A DNA stretch of 57,032 bases, taken from the NCBI GenBank assembly GCA_040877935.1, contig JBBDNB010000050.1, forward strand, positions 1 to 57,032, written 5' to 3'. Origin of the DNA: Chitinophagales bacterium. GTDB taxonomy: Bacteria; Bacteroidota; Bacteroidia; Chitinophagales; CAIOSU01. The position numbers and the translations under genes were made by a program. Of this stretch, positions 15,711 to 25,532 are shown piece after piece. Position 1 is the stretch's first letter. Each line of letters starts with the position of its first letter. The notes beneath the pieces are model-generated. The model was not told the origin of the DNA and made no database searches. It saw only the letters and a program-made list of their open reading frames with translations.

Positions 15711-17570
15711 TCAAACCTCCAAAACCTCTTCTTCTTTGTCTTCCTCAATTTTCAAATTTTCAATAATAAACTGCTGTCGTTCCATGGTATTTTTGCCCAT
15801 AAAGTATTGCAGCAGGTTTTTGATCTTGGTGTCTTTTTGGATAATCACAGGTTCCAGCCTGATTTGTTCACCGATAAATCCGCTGAACTCGTCCGGTGAA
15901 ATTTCACCCAATCCCTTAAAGCGGGTAATTTCTGGTTTTCCGCCCAGTTCTGTTATTGCATTTATCCTTTCCTCATCAGAATAGCAATAAATGGTTTTCT
16001 TTTTGTTGCGCACACGGAACAGAGGTGTTTCCAGAATATACAAATGTCTGGCTTTTACCAATTCGGGGAAAAACTGCAAAAAGAAAGTAAGCAGCAAAAG
16101 GCGAATGTGCATACCATCCACATCGGCATCGGTAGCTATTACCACTTTATTGTAGCGCAAACCCTCAATGCCTTCCTCAATATTCAAGGCGTGTTGCAGG
16201 AGGTTGAACTCCTCATTTTCATACACCACTTTTTTGGTCAATCCGAAAGAATTCAATGGCTTTCCGCGCAAACTAAATACCGCTTGCGTTTGCACATCAC
16301 GTGCTTTGGTAATGGATCCACTTGCAGAATCCCCCTCGGTAATAAACAAGGTAGAATCGGCTCTTCTTTCATTGTGCTCCATTGAGAAATGTACCCTGCA
16401 ATCGCGCAGTTTTTTATTGTGCAGGTTGGCTTTTTTCGCCCTTTGGTTGGCCAGCTTTTTAATACCGGCCATTTCCTTGCGTTCCCGCTCCGATTGCAGT
16501 ATGCGTTTTTGCAAAGCTTCGGCAGTGTCGGGGTTTTTATGCAAATAATTGTCGAGCTCTGTCCTTAAAAAATCAAGGATAAAAGCTCTTACAGTTGGGC
16601 CATCCTGGCCTATGTTCTGTGAGCCGAGCTTGGTTTTGGTCTGCGATTCGAAAACCGGTTCCTGAACCCTGATGGCTACTGCTGCAATTACTGCAGTGCG
16701 AATGTCCGTAGCATCAAAATCTTTTTTGTAGAAATCGCGCAGCACTTTCACCAAACTTTCGCGAAAAGCACTGAGGTGTGTGCCGCCCTGTGTAGTGAAT
16801 TGCCCGTTGACAAATGAATAATATTCTTCTCCGTATTGATTGCCGTGTGTTAGCGCTACCTCAATATCTTCACCGCGCAGGTGAACAATAGGGTAGCGGT
16901 TGTTTTCTACATCAGATTTGTTGAGTAAAAGGTCTTTAAGCCCATCATCGGAGTGGTATCTTTCTCCGTTGAATTTTATGGTCAACCCTGAATTCAGATA
17001 GGCATAATTCCACATCTGGTCTTCCAGGTAATCGGGAATGAATTTAAAACTCTTGAAAATGGAGGTGTCCGGCCTGAAAGTAATGCGGGTGCCATTGCGT
17101 TCATCGGTTTTTTCCAGTTTGGCATCTATTTTCAGCTCACCGCGCTCAAACTCTGCACGTTTTTTTTGTCCATCGCGAATGGATTCCACACAAAAAAAAT
17201 ATGACAGTGCATTTACCGCTTTTGTACCCACACCATTCAGCCCCACTGATTTTTGGAAAGCTTTGCTGTCGTATTTTCCACCGGTATTTATCTTTGAAAC
17301 ACAGTCGATTACTTTGCCCAGCGGAATGCCCCGCCCATAATCGCGGATCACAACCTCGTCATCGGTAATCTTTATTTCAATGCGCTTTCCAAAGCCCATC
17401 ATGTGTTCGTCAATGGAGTTGTCCAATACTTCCTTTACCAGTACATAAATGCCATCATCCGGGCTGGAACCATCGCCCAGCTTCCCGATGTACATTCCCG
17501 GACGCAGACGGATGTGTTCTTTCCAGTCTAATGAGCGGATGTTTTCTTCCGTATAATTCAGTTCAGCCAT
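15711..17570 (-). CDS. parE: DNA topoisomerase IV subunit B (ParE/GyrB-type ATPase subunit)
   Basis: Seen: a GHKL ATPase N-terminus ([29 protein letters not shown]), a Toprim region ([10 protein letters not shown]) and the C-terminal domain, 619 aa in total. It lies directly upstream of the ParC-like gene. Confidence 0.8.
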   Translation of the reverse strand: MAELNYTEENIRSLDWKEHIRLRPGMYIGKLGDGSSPDDGIYVLVKEVLDNSIDEHMMGFGKRIEIKITDDEVVIRDYGRGIPLGKVIDCVSKINTGGKYDSKAFQKSVGLNGVGTKAVNALSYFFCVESIRDGQKKRAEFERGELKIDAKLEKTDERNGTRITFRPDTSIFKSFKFIPDYLEDQMWNYAYLNSGLTIKFNGERYHSDDGLKDLLLNKSDVENNRYPIVHLRGEDIEVALTHGNQYGEEYYSFVNGQFTTQGGTHLSAFRESLVKVLRDFYKKDFDATDIRTAVIAAVAIRVQEPVFESQTKTKLGSQNIGQDGPTVRAFILDFLRTELDNYLHKNPDTAEALQKRILQSERERKEMAGIKKLANQRAKKANLHNKKLRDCRVHFSMEHNERRADSTLFITEGDSASGSITKARDVQTQAVFSLRGKPLNSFGLTKKVVYENEEFNLLQHALNIEEGIEGLRYNKVVIATDADVDGMHIRLLLLTFFLQFFPELVKARHLYILETPLFRVRNKKKTIYCYSDEERINAITELGGKPEITRFKGLGEISPDEFSGFIGEQIRLEPVIIQKDTKIKNLLQYFMGKNTMERQQFIIENLKIEEDKEEEVLEV

Positions 17571-17986
17571 AAATCTTTTGGGTTAAGAATAGATAAGCTC
17601 TTTACAATAATAATGATTCACTTTCCAAGCAAAAAATATTTGCAATAGAGCTTTTGAACAGTGGCGTGTGGATTGTTGGGGGAGAGTCTATCTAAATTCA
17701 ACAAATCATTCAAAATGCTTTAGAACACAAGCCTGAAAGTAAAAAATTAGTTGTTTTCTAACCATTTATAAAAATACTCTAATGAATATCCCATTGTTTC
17801 TAAATTTGTCTTCAAATGAAAGGCAGGAATCTCTTTGTATTGGCTTCTGAAAGTAATTGTCCTGAAACAATTTGGACATTTCCAGTGCTCGTGGGAAGTA
17901 CTGTTGTGCCTTTTCTTTACGCACTTATGCTTTTTAAGGAATTTAACCCACTTTTTTATTTTGACAGGTCTGATAATTAATCAATT

Positions 17987-18343
17987 TCAAGCTGGTGTTT
18001 CTATTGTAGTTTGAATTACATCTTCAGGGGAATCAAAATTTAATAAAACACCTTTTTCATCAACAGAAGCCTTTGAAAACTTTTTCTTGAAAAATGTATT
18101 TCTTTCCCATCCTAACTTTTTCAACTCTTTGTCTATCAAAGATTTATTTAACTCCATTATATCTTTGATAAATACTTTCAGGTTATATTCAGCATCTTCA
18201 GTGGATTCTTTAAATGTTTTCCCATAACCAGATACATTTAAAGATGGGAAATAACTCACAAAGTATTCCCCTTGTTTACCGGTAAACATTTTAAGATGTG
18301 CTTTAAATCTACTAGTGCCTATTTTTATAGATTCTTTATCCAT
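17987..18343 (-). CDS. Hypothetical protein, possibly HicB-like (UPF0150 fold)
   Basis: Seen: 118 aa. The pattern GEYFVSYFPSLNVSGYGKTFKESTEDAEYNLKVFI resembles the HicB N-terminal domain, but this is a weak inference. No HicA partner ORF was found. Confidence 0.3.
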   Translation of the reverse strand: MDKESIKIGTSRFKAHLKMFTGKQGEYFVSYFPSLNVSGYGKTFKESTEDAEYNLKVFIKDIMELNKSLIDKELKKLGWERNTFFKKKFSKASVDEKGVLLNFDSPEDVIQTTIETPA

Positions 18344-18510
18344 GTTTATAAAACGCTATTTTATTCAAAAACAGTCTATGTGAAATTATAAAAAAGAAAC
18401 AAAACAAAGAATGTTTACAAAAACTATCAAAAAATGATTCCGTACCATAATGGTATTCATTAATTGTAAGCATACATAGTTGTATAGTAGGATTTCCACA
18501 AATGATTAAT

Positions 18511-18843
18511 TTACTTCAACCTCACCCCATTCTCCACTTTATGCTCAGGCTGTACCAAACTGATGCCTCCATCAGGATGATCAACTCCCAGCACCAATAC
18601 CTGCGACATAAAATTGGCAATTTGCCTTTCGGTGAAATTGACGACTGCAAACACTTGTTTATTCTGTAAATCTTCAATACTGTAGTGTTCAGTAATCTGT
18701 GCAGAACTCTTTTTGATACCGATTTCCCCACCAAAATCAATCCAAAGTTTGTAGGCGGGTTTTTTGGCTTCATTAAAAACTTCGGCTTTAATGACCGTTC
18801 CTGTCCTGATGTCGATTTTTTGAAAATCCTCTAAAACAGCCAT
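18511..18843 (-). CDS. tRNA-binding domain protein (CsaA/YgjH-like)
   Basis: Seen: [11 protein letters not shown] and [29 protein letters not shown], typical of the EMAP/Myf-like tRNA-binding fold. Confidence 0.7.
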   Translation of the reverse strand: MAVLEDFQKIDIRTGTVIKAEVFNEAKKPAYKLWIDFGGEIGIKKSSAQITEHYSIEDLQNKQVFAVVNFTERQIANFMSQVLVLGVDHPDGGISLVQPEHKVENGVRLK

Positions 18844-18848
18844 CTGGT

Positions 18849-19640
18849 TTATTTAAAAATAGCCTTTGTTTTTAAAAGTAAATCCTTGTGAATTTCCGGG
18901 CTCCCGCAAAGCAGTTCCTTTCCAAAAAGGTAATTGTCTTTCCCGGAAAAATCGCTGACTTTACCGCCAGCTTCTCTAATCAGAACGGCACCTGCTGCTA
19001 CATCCCAGGGCTGCAAGCTGTATTCAAAAAATGCATCGAAGCGGCCGCTTGCCACATAAGCCATATCCAGTGCTGCCGAACCTATGCGCCTGATGCCCCT
19101 GCTATTTTGAATGAGTACTTTCAATAGTTCAAAATAAGCATCGCTGCGTGAAAAGTCATAATAGGGGAAACCGGTAGCCAGCAAACTTTCCTCAAGGTTT
19201 TTTCTCCTGGAAACCTGCACCTGCTTTCCATTGCAAAATGTGCCGCCACCTTTGTATGCCGAAAACATTTCCTTTTGTCCCAATTCATAGGTAATGCCAA
19301 TGACCAGCTCATCGCGGTATTGCAGCGCTACACTTACACAATAGGAAGGGAGGCCATACAGAAAATTGGTAGTGCCATCCAGGGGGTCGATGATCCAGGT
19401 GAATTCTTTGATATCGTCCTGGATGGTGTCTTCTTCCGTAAGAAAGCCTGAATTTGGAAGTATTTCACCAAGCCCTTTCACCAACTGTTTTTCGGCTTCT
19501 TTATCTACAAAACTCACGAGGCTGTTCACCGATTTCTCCTCAACTTTCAATTGGTCAATTTCACTTGATTTTTCAAGTATAAAAGTTCCCGTTTTGCGAA
19601 TGACTTTTTCAGCCTGTGATGTGATTTTACTCCAATTCAT
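18849..19640 (-). CDS. Inositol monophosphatase family protein
   Basis: Seen: the [12 protein letters not shown] metal-binding motif and a downstream WDVAAG motif. Confidence 0.8.
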   Translation of the reverse strand: MNWSKITSQAEKVIRKTGTFILEKSSEIDQLKVEEKSVNSLVSFVDKEAEKQLVKGLGEILPNSGFLTEEDTIQDDIKEFTWIIDPLDGTTNFLYGLPSYCVSVALQYRDELVIGITYELGQKEMFSAYKGGGTFCNGKQVQVSRRKNLEESLLATGFPYYDFSRSDAYFELLKVLIQNSRGIRRIGSAALDMAYVASGRFDAFFEYSLQPWDVAAGAVLIREAGGKVSDFSGKDNYLFGKELLCGSPEIHKDLLLKTKAIFK

Positions 19641-20326
19641 TTTTTGCTGTTTTTACCTTCAACTACCAACACAATTTCGCCTTTCCATTTCTTTTCAGCA
19701 AACTGTTCAGCAAGTTCGGCAACAGTTCCCCTGATTTTTTCTTCATACATTTTACTGAGTTCCCTGCAAATTACCGCATAGCGATCTGCACCGAAATATT
19801 CTGAGAGTTGTTTCAGGGTCTTATTCAGGCGGTGGGGTGATTCGAGAAACACAATAGTTCGGGGGTCTTCGGCCAGAAATTCAAGCCTTGTTTTGCGTCC
19901 TTTCTTGTGGGGTAAAAATCCCTCAAAAACAAACTTGTCGCAGGGCAAACCTGAAACCACCAGTGCGGGGATAATGGAGGTGGCACCGGGTAGGCATTCT
20001 ACTTCCAGGCCATTTTCTATACAGCTGCGCACCATCAAAAAACCGGGATCGGAAATACCGGGAGTGCCGGCATCGGAGATCAAAGCTGCTTTTTCACCTG
20101 TCTTCAGCCGCGCTATTACCTGATCAACTTGTTTGTGCTCATTGAATTTGTGGTGGGCGTAAACCGGTTTGTCAATTTCAAAATGCTTGAGCAGTTTGCC
20201 TGAAGTTCTGGAATCTTCGGCCAGTATAAAATCTACGGCCTTCAATGCTTTAATGGCCCTGAAGCTCATATCGTCCAGGTTGCCAATGGGGGTCGGTACT
20301 ACCACTAAAGCAGTGTCATCAAGCAT
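19637..20326 (-). CDS. rsmI: 16S rRNA (cytidine1402-2'-O)-methyltransferase RsmI
   Basis: Seen: tetrapyrrole-methylase fold motifs (VVPTPIGNLDDMSFRAIKAL, ILAEDSRTSGKLLKHF). The gene overlaps the inositol monophosphatase gene by 4 nt. Confidence 0.8.
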   Translation of the reverse strand: MLDDTALVVVPTPIGNLDDMSFRAIKALKAVDFILAEDSRTSGKLLKHFEIDKPVYAHHKFNEHKQVDQVIARLKTGEKAALISDAGTPGISDPGFLMVRSCIENGLEVECLPGATSIIPALVVSGLPCDKFVFEGFLPHKKGRKTRLEFLAEDPRTIVFLESPHRLNKTLKQLSEYFGADRYAVICRELSKMYEEKIRGTVAELAEQFAEKKWKGEIVLVVEGKNSKK

Positions 20327-20372
20327 TTGTTTTCATATTCTTATGAATTAGAGAGCAGGAATTTAACCAATC

Positions 20373-20624
20373 TCAATTCTCTGAAATTTCAAATTCGTAA
20401 TATTCAATCACTGGGTTTGAAAGTATTTTTTTACAGGCCAGTTCTACTTTTTCATTGGCTTCTATTTCATTGCTTGCTTCTAATTCCAGGGTAATGTGTT
20501 TGCCAATACGCACATCTTTAATTTCGGATAGATCAAGGTTTTTCATTCCTGATGCCACTGCTTTTCCCTGTGGATCCAACAATTCTTTAAGCGGCATTAC
20601 ATTGATTTCTGCTTTAAATTTCAT
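20373..20624 (-). CDS. purS: Phosphoribosylformylglycinamidine synthase subunit PurS
   Basis: Seen: MKFKAEINVMPLKELLDPQGKAV ... DVRIGKHITLE matches the PurS family. The start was moved from the longest ORF (20708) to the internal Met that gives the canonical ~83-aa protein. Confidence 0.75.
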   Translation of the reverse strand: MKFKAEINVMPLKELLDPQGKAVASGMKNLDLSEIKDVRIGKHITLELEASNEIEANEKVELACKKILSNPVIEYYEFEISEN

Positions 20625-21092
20625 GGTGATAGCTTTTTTTAGTGCAGCAAAGATACAATTATGGAGCTTCAGTACATACCTATAATTGTGGTCGTTAAAA
20701 ATATCCACTTAAATGTTGAAAAATTAAAGGGAAATTTTTTTATGATAGAATTATTATTGTAGATAATTATCAAAGTTTATTTATTTTCTAATGTTTTTTA
20801 TCCATAGGTTTCAGGTAAACCTGAATAGATTTTTTTTATTTTGAAACAAGGCTTTATTATAAATCTATAATTGCTCGTTTTAATACTTAAGCATAAGTTT
20901 GTAATACTCAAATTGCTACTGAAAGCAAAATAACTTAAGTGATAATGTTTATTTTTGAAAGATCAGATTAAATGATGCAAATAATACGTTAACATATTTT
21001 TGAAGCAAGTAATCAAAAATTATAAAGACATTTGCACAACTATAAAATAACGCAAATGCTGAGTTCTAAAATAAGCCAAAAAAAGAGCAGCT

Positions 21093-21980
21093 ATGAATAA
21101 AATGCTGGTCATAGATGATGATCCGATGATCCACAAAATGCTGGATTTTTCCCTTAAAGATCAGAAAGTCACTATTGAACATTGTAACAATGCCATTGAA
21201 GCGCAGGAGTTTTTAACAAAGAACGGACAGGAATTGAGCGCAATGGTGCTCGACTGGGAAATGCCGGGAATGACTGGGATTGAATTTCTCGAGTGGATAA
21301 AATCGGAAAAGCGCTATAAAGACATTCCGGTGATCATGCTCACAAGCAATGATCGAAAGGCAGATGTGAAACGCGGTATTGATGCAGGAGCTTATTATTA
21401 CCTCATTAAGCCTTTCAATAAAGACCTTTTGATTTCTATTGTAAATGCTGCAATTTTTGATTTCAATAATGTCACTTCATTAAATCACAAGGTAAAAGAA
21501 GCACAGAATCCTTTTACCAATCTGGTGAATGGGAAATTTCTGATAAAGCATTTGGAAGATGCCGAGCGCATGTCTGTCTATATTGCCAATTCCTGCCCCA
21601 ACCCTGAAGAGGCACTTATTATTTCAGAATTGCTGAACAATGCGATTGAACACGGCAACCTGGGGATAACTTATGATGAAAAATCCAAACTGATTGATGA
21701 TGATAAATTGTTCAGCGAAATTGATCGCAGATTGAAACTAAAAGCATTTGCTGATAAATTTGCAGAAGTATTATACACCAAAAACGATGCGTATATTTTA
21801 GTCCGAATTGAGGATCAGGGCAAAGGTTTTGATTACCAAAAATACCTGCATTTTGATGAATCACGTGTGTTTGACAATCACGGCAGGGGTATTGCTATGG
21901 TCAATTCAGTGATGAATGTACAGTATCATGGCAAAGGAAATGTTGTAGAAGTGAAAATCCCCTTAAATAGTAAGGCTTAA
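21093..21980 (+). CDS. Response regulator receiver fused to a GHKL (anti-sigma-factor-kinase-like) ATPase domain
   Basis: Seen: receiver motifs (VIDDDPMIHKML, VLDWEMPGMTG). The C-terminal half has an N-box ELLNNAIEHG, G1 DQGKGF and G2 GRGIAM, but no DHp/H-box and no DNA-binding domain. Confidence 0.65.
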   Translation: MNKMLVIDDDPMIHKMLDFSLKDQKVTIEHCNNAIEAQEFLTKNGQELSAMVLDWEMPGMTGIEFLEWIKSEKRYKDIPVIMLTSNDRKADVKRGIDAGAYYYLIKPFNKDLLISIVNAAIFDFNNVTSLNHKVKEAQNPFTNLVNGKFLIKHLEDAERMSVYIANSCPNPEEALIISELLNNAIEHGNLGITYDEKSKLIDDDKLFSEIDRRLKLKAFADKFAEVLYTKNDAYILVRIEDQGKGFDYQKYLHFDESRVFDNHGRGIAMVNSVMNVQYHGKGNVVEVKIPLNSKA

Positions 21981-21987
21981 TCCCAAT

Positions 21988-23598
21988 TTAAAATAAAGGG
22001 TTATCTTCCTCATCTGAATCGTTATTATTGTCACTTGGTGGTTCGGGGAAATCGTTCTTTTCTTCATTCATGCGCGAGCCCATAGTTTTGAAGTTTCCAT
22101 CCGGCAGCCCGTCTGGTAAATTATTGGGCATGGAGAAATTTTCTTCATAATCCTCAAACTTGGTGTACATGCCAATAAATTTGGCTTTGATATCAGCAGT
22201 AGCTCCGTTTCTGTGTTTGGCTATCATAATTTCCGCCATATCCTTGGTAGGTGTACCGTCTTCAAATTCATCAAGCTTGTAATATTCTGGTCTGTAGAGG
22301 AAAATTACCATATCGGCATCCTGCTCGATCGCTCCGGACTCCCTCAAATCTGCCAATTGCGGGCGTTTGGCTCCTGCACGGGTCTCCACAGATCTGTTGA
22401 GCTGCGAAAGCCCGATTACTGGTACATTCAACTCTTTGGCTATACCTTTTAGTCCCCGAGAAATATTACTGATTTCTTGCTCTCTGTTGCCAAATTGTTT
22501 TCCATTTCCACCCTGTCCCGACATCAGTTGCAAATAATCAATTATTATGAGTTGAATATCGTGCTGAGATTTCAACCTTCTGCATTTGGCCCTCAGTTCA
22601 AAAATATTCAGTGCCGGAGAATCATCAATGAAAAGTTTGGCTTCGGAAAGCTTTTTTGTTTTGTGGTGCAGTTGCTGCCATTCGTGTTCTTCGAGGTCCC
22701 CTTTTCTTAACTTTTCGGAAGTGAGTTCTGCTTCGGATGAAATCAAACGCGTAGTGAGCTGAACAGCTGACATCTCCAAAGAGAAAAAGGCTACGGGCAT
22801 ATTGAAATCAACTGCTGCATTTCGGGCTACAGTAAGTACAAATGAAGTTTTTCCCATACCGGGACGAGCTGCCAGGATCACCAGGTCGGATTTTTGCCAG
22901 CCCGATGTAAGGCGGTCAAAACCACTGAAACCTGTGGGAATGCCGGTGAGCCCATCTTCTTTTTCCCTTAAATTTTGAATGGCCTCAATGGATTTACGCC
23001 AGAGGTCACTCATTTTCTTAGTAGAACTGCTCAGGTTTTGTTCGCCAATGGCAAAGAGGTTTTGCTCGGCTTTGTCCAGCAATTCAAACACATCAGTAGT
23101 TTCTTCATAAGAATCCTTGATAATAATATTTGAAACCCGGATCAATTCTCTTTGAATGTATTTTTGTGCAACAATGCGGGCGTGAAATTCCACATTGGCT
23201 GCTGAAGCAATTTTGCTTGTAAGCTGGGAAATATAATGAGCCCCCCCTGCTTCTTCCAGCACCCCTTGTTTTTTCAGGCGCTGAATTACAGTGAGGATAT
23301 CTACCGGTTCGGTTTCGGAATAAAGTTCATAAGCTGCTGCGCATATCAACTGGTGTTTGGGCAGGTAAAAACTCTCGGATCTCAACACTTCTACAATGGC
23401 AGTAATGGCTTCCTTTTCGAGCATAATGGCACCGAGTACAGCCTCTTCCAGTTCAATGGCCTGTGGCGGTTTTTTGCCGATATCCATTTGTGTTAATTCA
23501 TTACCGATTGGCATTCTCATTGCACGGCTGCGCAGCTTGTTGCTTAGATCTTTTTCTTCTGACATTGTTGGTCCCTTATTTATTTTGCCTCCACCCAA
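21988..23598 (-). CDS. dnaB: Replicative DNA helicase DnaB
   Basis: Seen: Walker A ARPGMGKTSF and DnaB-family RecA-fold motifs (LIIIDYLQLM). There is an acidic C-terminal extension of about 50 aa (DNNNDSDEEDNPLF). Confidence 0.9.
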   Translation of the reverse strand: MGGGKINKGPTMSEEKDLSNKLRSRAMRMPIGNELTQMDIGKKPPQAIELEEAVLGAIMLEKEAITAIVEVLRSESFYLPKHQLICAAAYELYSETEPVDILTVIQRLKKQGVLEEAGGAHYISQLTSKIASAANVEFHARIVAQKYIQRELIRVSNIIIKDSYEETTDVFELLDKAEQNLFAIGEQNLSSSTKKMSDLWRKSIEAIQNLREKEDGLTGIPTGFSGFDRLTSGWQKSDLVILAARPGMGKTSFVLTVARNAAVDFNMPVAFFSLEMSAVQLTTRLISSEAELTSEKLRKGDLEEHEWQQLHHKTKKLSEAKLFIDDSPALNIFELRAKCRRLKSQHDIQLIIIDYLQLMSGQGGNGKQFGNREQEISNISRGLKGIAKELNVPVIGLSQLNRSVETRAGAKRPQLADLRESGAIEQDADMVIFLYRPEYYKLDEFEDGTPTKDMAEIMIAKHRNGATADIKAKFIGMYTKFEDYEENFSMPNNLPDGLPDGNFKTMGSRMNEEKNDFPEPPSDNNNDSDEEDNPLF

Positions 23599-23850
23599 AA
23601 GACAATTTTTAATGATGAAATGGCTTCCAAAGATAGGTGCATGAAATTGGCTTTGAAAGGAAATGAGCGATTAAAAAAATCAACGAATCAATGTGTAAAA
23701 CAACTTGCTGAAAGCCGCTAATAATTCCCTAAAAATAAATCTTGAAAAAGTATTCCACATTTTCTTAACATCGGGCATTTTAAATAAACTTATTAGCATG
23801 AATTAAAAATTATTTTAAGTAATTTTTTGTGTTCTTGAAATCCATTGCAG

Positions 23851-23920
23851 TGTTTGTTTTTTTTGTTTTAAAATAAAAAAAGGCAATGCCCTGAAAAACT
23901 ATATTTTCAGCATTGCCTTT
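23851..23920 (-). terminator. Intrinsic terminator downstream of the encapsulin gene
   Basis: Seen: hairpin aaaggcaatgcc-ctgaaaa-actata-ttttcag-cattgccttt at 23878-23920, followed on the minus strand by a T-rich tract (plus-strand 23851-23877 is A/T-rich). Confidence 0.6.
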
Positions 23921-23941
23921 AAATTAAATGCAGTCTGCTAT

Positions 23942-24733
23942 TTAGGACAGTACAACTACTGCATCGGGATCCAGTACTTCAAAAGTAAATGATTCTGTAA
24001 AGAATAAATCCACTTTTTTACCATCGTGGTTATCGTAGCCGATAGAAATATCACTGCCCAGTGTTAGTCGAAAATCTCCACCGCGTTGCGACACCAAAAA
24101 AGCTTCTTTTGTATTTGGGGCAAAGATCACATCGCCTTCTATCAGTTTTAGGATTTGCTTTTTCAGCGGATATCCGTTTACAAGTTCACCGGCCAATTGC
24201 TGCCATTTTTCACGGTTCAGTACTAGCGAGAAAGGACCTTCCACACCTTTTTCTTTAAACAGACTCAATGCCTGTGTTACTGATTTCAGCAAGCCCTCGC
24301 CTTTTTCGAATTTCACTTGTTTTTGATCACTGGCATTTTTCAAGCCCGGCACACCGGCTTCTTTCAATCCGTAATAGATCACTTTTTCCTCAAAAGCTGC
24401 AATTTCATGGGCAGCTTCTTCAAGGTTATCGAGATCAATTACATTTGCACCCCGCACTGCATTGTCCAATTCCCAGATATTGAGCGAAAAATTTGCCCGG
24501 GATTCTACAAGGGGCTGTACCTGATGTACTCCGTATTTTAAATTGCCTTTTTGTCCTTTGGGAATATCGAGCCTGCCTTTGTTTACTGCGGCAAAATCCC
24601 AGCCTTTGGGGCCATCTACATCAACAAATTTTCTTGCAGACAGTGCAGCGGTTAAAATTTCTTCTGCCCGGTGATTGATCTCATTCCAGGCTTCTTTTGA
24701 TATTGGGGCTAAATTTTTTCTTAATAAATCCAT
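23942..24733 (-). CDS. Family 1 encapsulin nanocompartment shell protein
   Basis: Seen: 263 aa, HK97-fold encapsulin/linocin-M18-like (MDLLRKNLAPISKEAWNEINHRAEE ... SFTFEVLDPDAVVVLS). It lies directly downstream of a cargo gene that carries a targeting peptide. Confidence 0.8.
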   Translation of the reverse strand: MDLLRKNLAPISKEAWNEINHRAEEILTAALSARKFVDVDGPKGWDFAAVNKGRLDIPKGQKGNLKYGVHQVQPLVESRANFSLNIWELDNAVRGANVIDLDNLEEAAHEIAAFEEKVIYYGLKEAGVPGLKNASDQKQVKFEKGEGLLKSVTQALSLFKEKGVEGPFSLVLNREKWQQLAGELVNGYPLKKQILKLIEGDVIFAPNTKEAFLVSQRGGDFRLTLGSDISIGYDNHDGKKVDLFFTESFTFEVLDPDAVVVLS

Positions 24734-24747
24734 ATTCTCTTTCCTTT

Positions 24748-25107
24748 TTATTTTTTGATTTTTCCAATTTTCAAACTTCCGTCATCATCTTTTTTGTTTG
24801 ATGCAGCACTACTTTCTGGTTTTAAATCATCTGATGTGATGTCTCCCTCGGTAAAGAGGTAAGTGCGCAATTGCTTGTCCCAACCAGGTTGGTTGCGTCT
24901 GAGCCATTCAATGGTCATAGAGGCATGTTCCATTTCCTCATTGCGGTTGTGTTCCAATATTTTGAACAACTGCTCATCGTCACAAGCATCCATTCTTTGC
25001 TGGTACCAGTCAATGGCCTCCACTTCTTCCTGAAGTGTATTCAGTGCTCTTCTGTAATTTCTTGTTTCTTTACTCAGCTCTTCGGCTGGTTCGTGAAATT
25101 CTGACAT
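24748..25107 (-). CDS. Encapsulated ferritin-like cargo protein (EncFtn/Flp-type) with C-terminal encapsulin targeting peptide
   Basis: Seen: ExxH-type ferroxidase motifs (EEVEAIDWY, EEMEHASM) in a ~100-aa helical core. A flexible S/D/K-rich linker follows, and the C-terminus DGSLKIGKIKK matches the GSLxIGxLK-type targeting-peptide consensus. Confidence 0.7.
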   Translation of the reverse strand: MSEFHEPAEELSKETRNYRRALNTLQEEVEAIDWYQQRMDACDDEQLFKILEHNRNEEMEHASMTIEWLRRNQPGWDKQLRTYLFTEGDITSDDLKPESSAASNKKDDDGSLKIGKIKK

Positions 25108-25162
25108 ATTCTTTGCTTTTTGGTTATTAAATAGACAATCTAAATATTTAAGATTTGGTATT

Positions 25163-25197
25163 AACCTGAATTCGGAAATTATTTATTGCTCAGAATG
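25163..25197. repeat. Copy D (degenerate) of the ~35-bp palindromic repeat
   Basis: Seen: aacctgaattcggaaattatttattgctcagaat. It lies in the same intergenic region as copy B, in the opposite orientation, about 250 bp away. Confidence 0.6.
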
Positions 25198-25410
25198 CCA
25201 AAAAATAGTGAGATTCGACTGGAAATATTGATGGAATAGCGGGCTATTTTGAGATATTTCCAGGAAGAAGATTGCTGTTTTCTGGCATTTGAAATCCATA
25301 AAACGCAATTTGCTGCGTTGCATTTGCTTGGTTTATCTCGATAGACCTTCTCAAATGCGCCTTGCCTATTGCATTTTAGTGAATTTCCCCGCCTGCATGA
25401 AGCATTCGGA

Positions 25411-25445
25411 CAGGTGAGCTCTTAAATAATTATCGAACTCAGGTT
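25411..25445. repeat. Copy B of the ~35-bp palindromic repeat
   Basis: Seen: caggtgagctcttaaataattatcgaactcaggtt. It differs from copy C by 1 mismatch across the 31-bp core. Confidence 0.8.
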
Positions 25446-25532
25446 ATTATAATAATTGAAGCGAAGCAGAATTGTTTAAAGAAAAGTGAGGAAATCAAAA
25501 ACACAAGCTTTTGAAATTAATCTCTACAAACT

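Noticed and set aside
5948-16548. Many 60-160-aa ORFs on the strand opposite the giant kinase, parC and parE (for example 7262-7657, 14341-14829, 16168-16548)
   Set aside because: They are entirely embedded antisense in long, well-supported genes. They are shadow ORFs.
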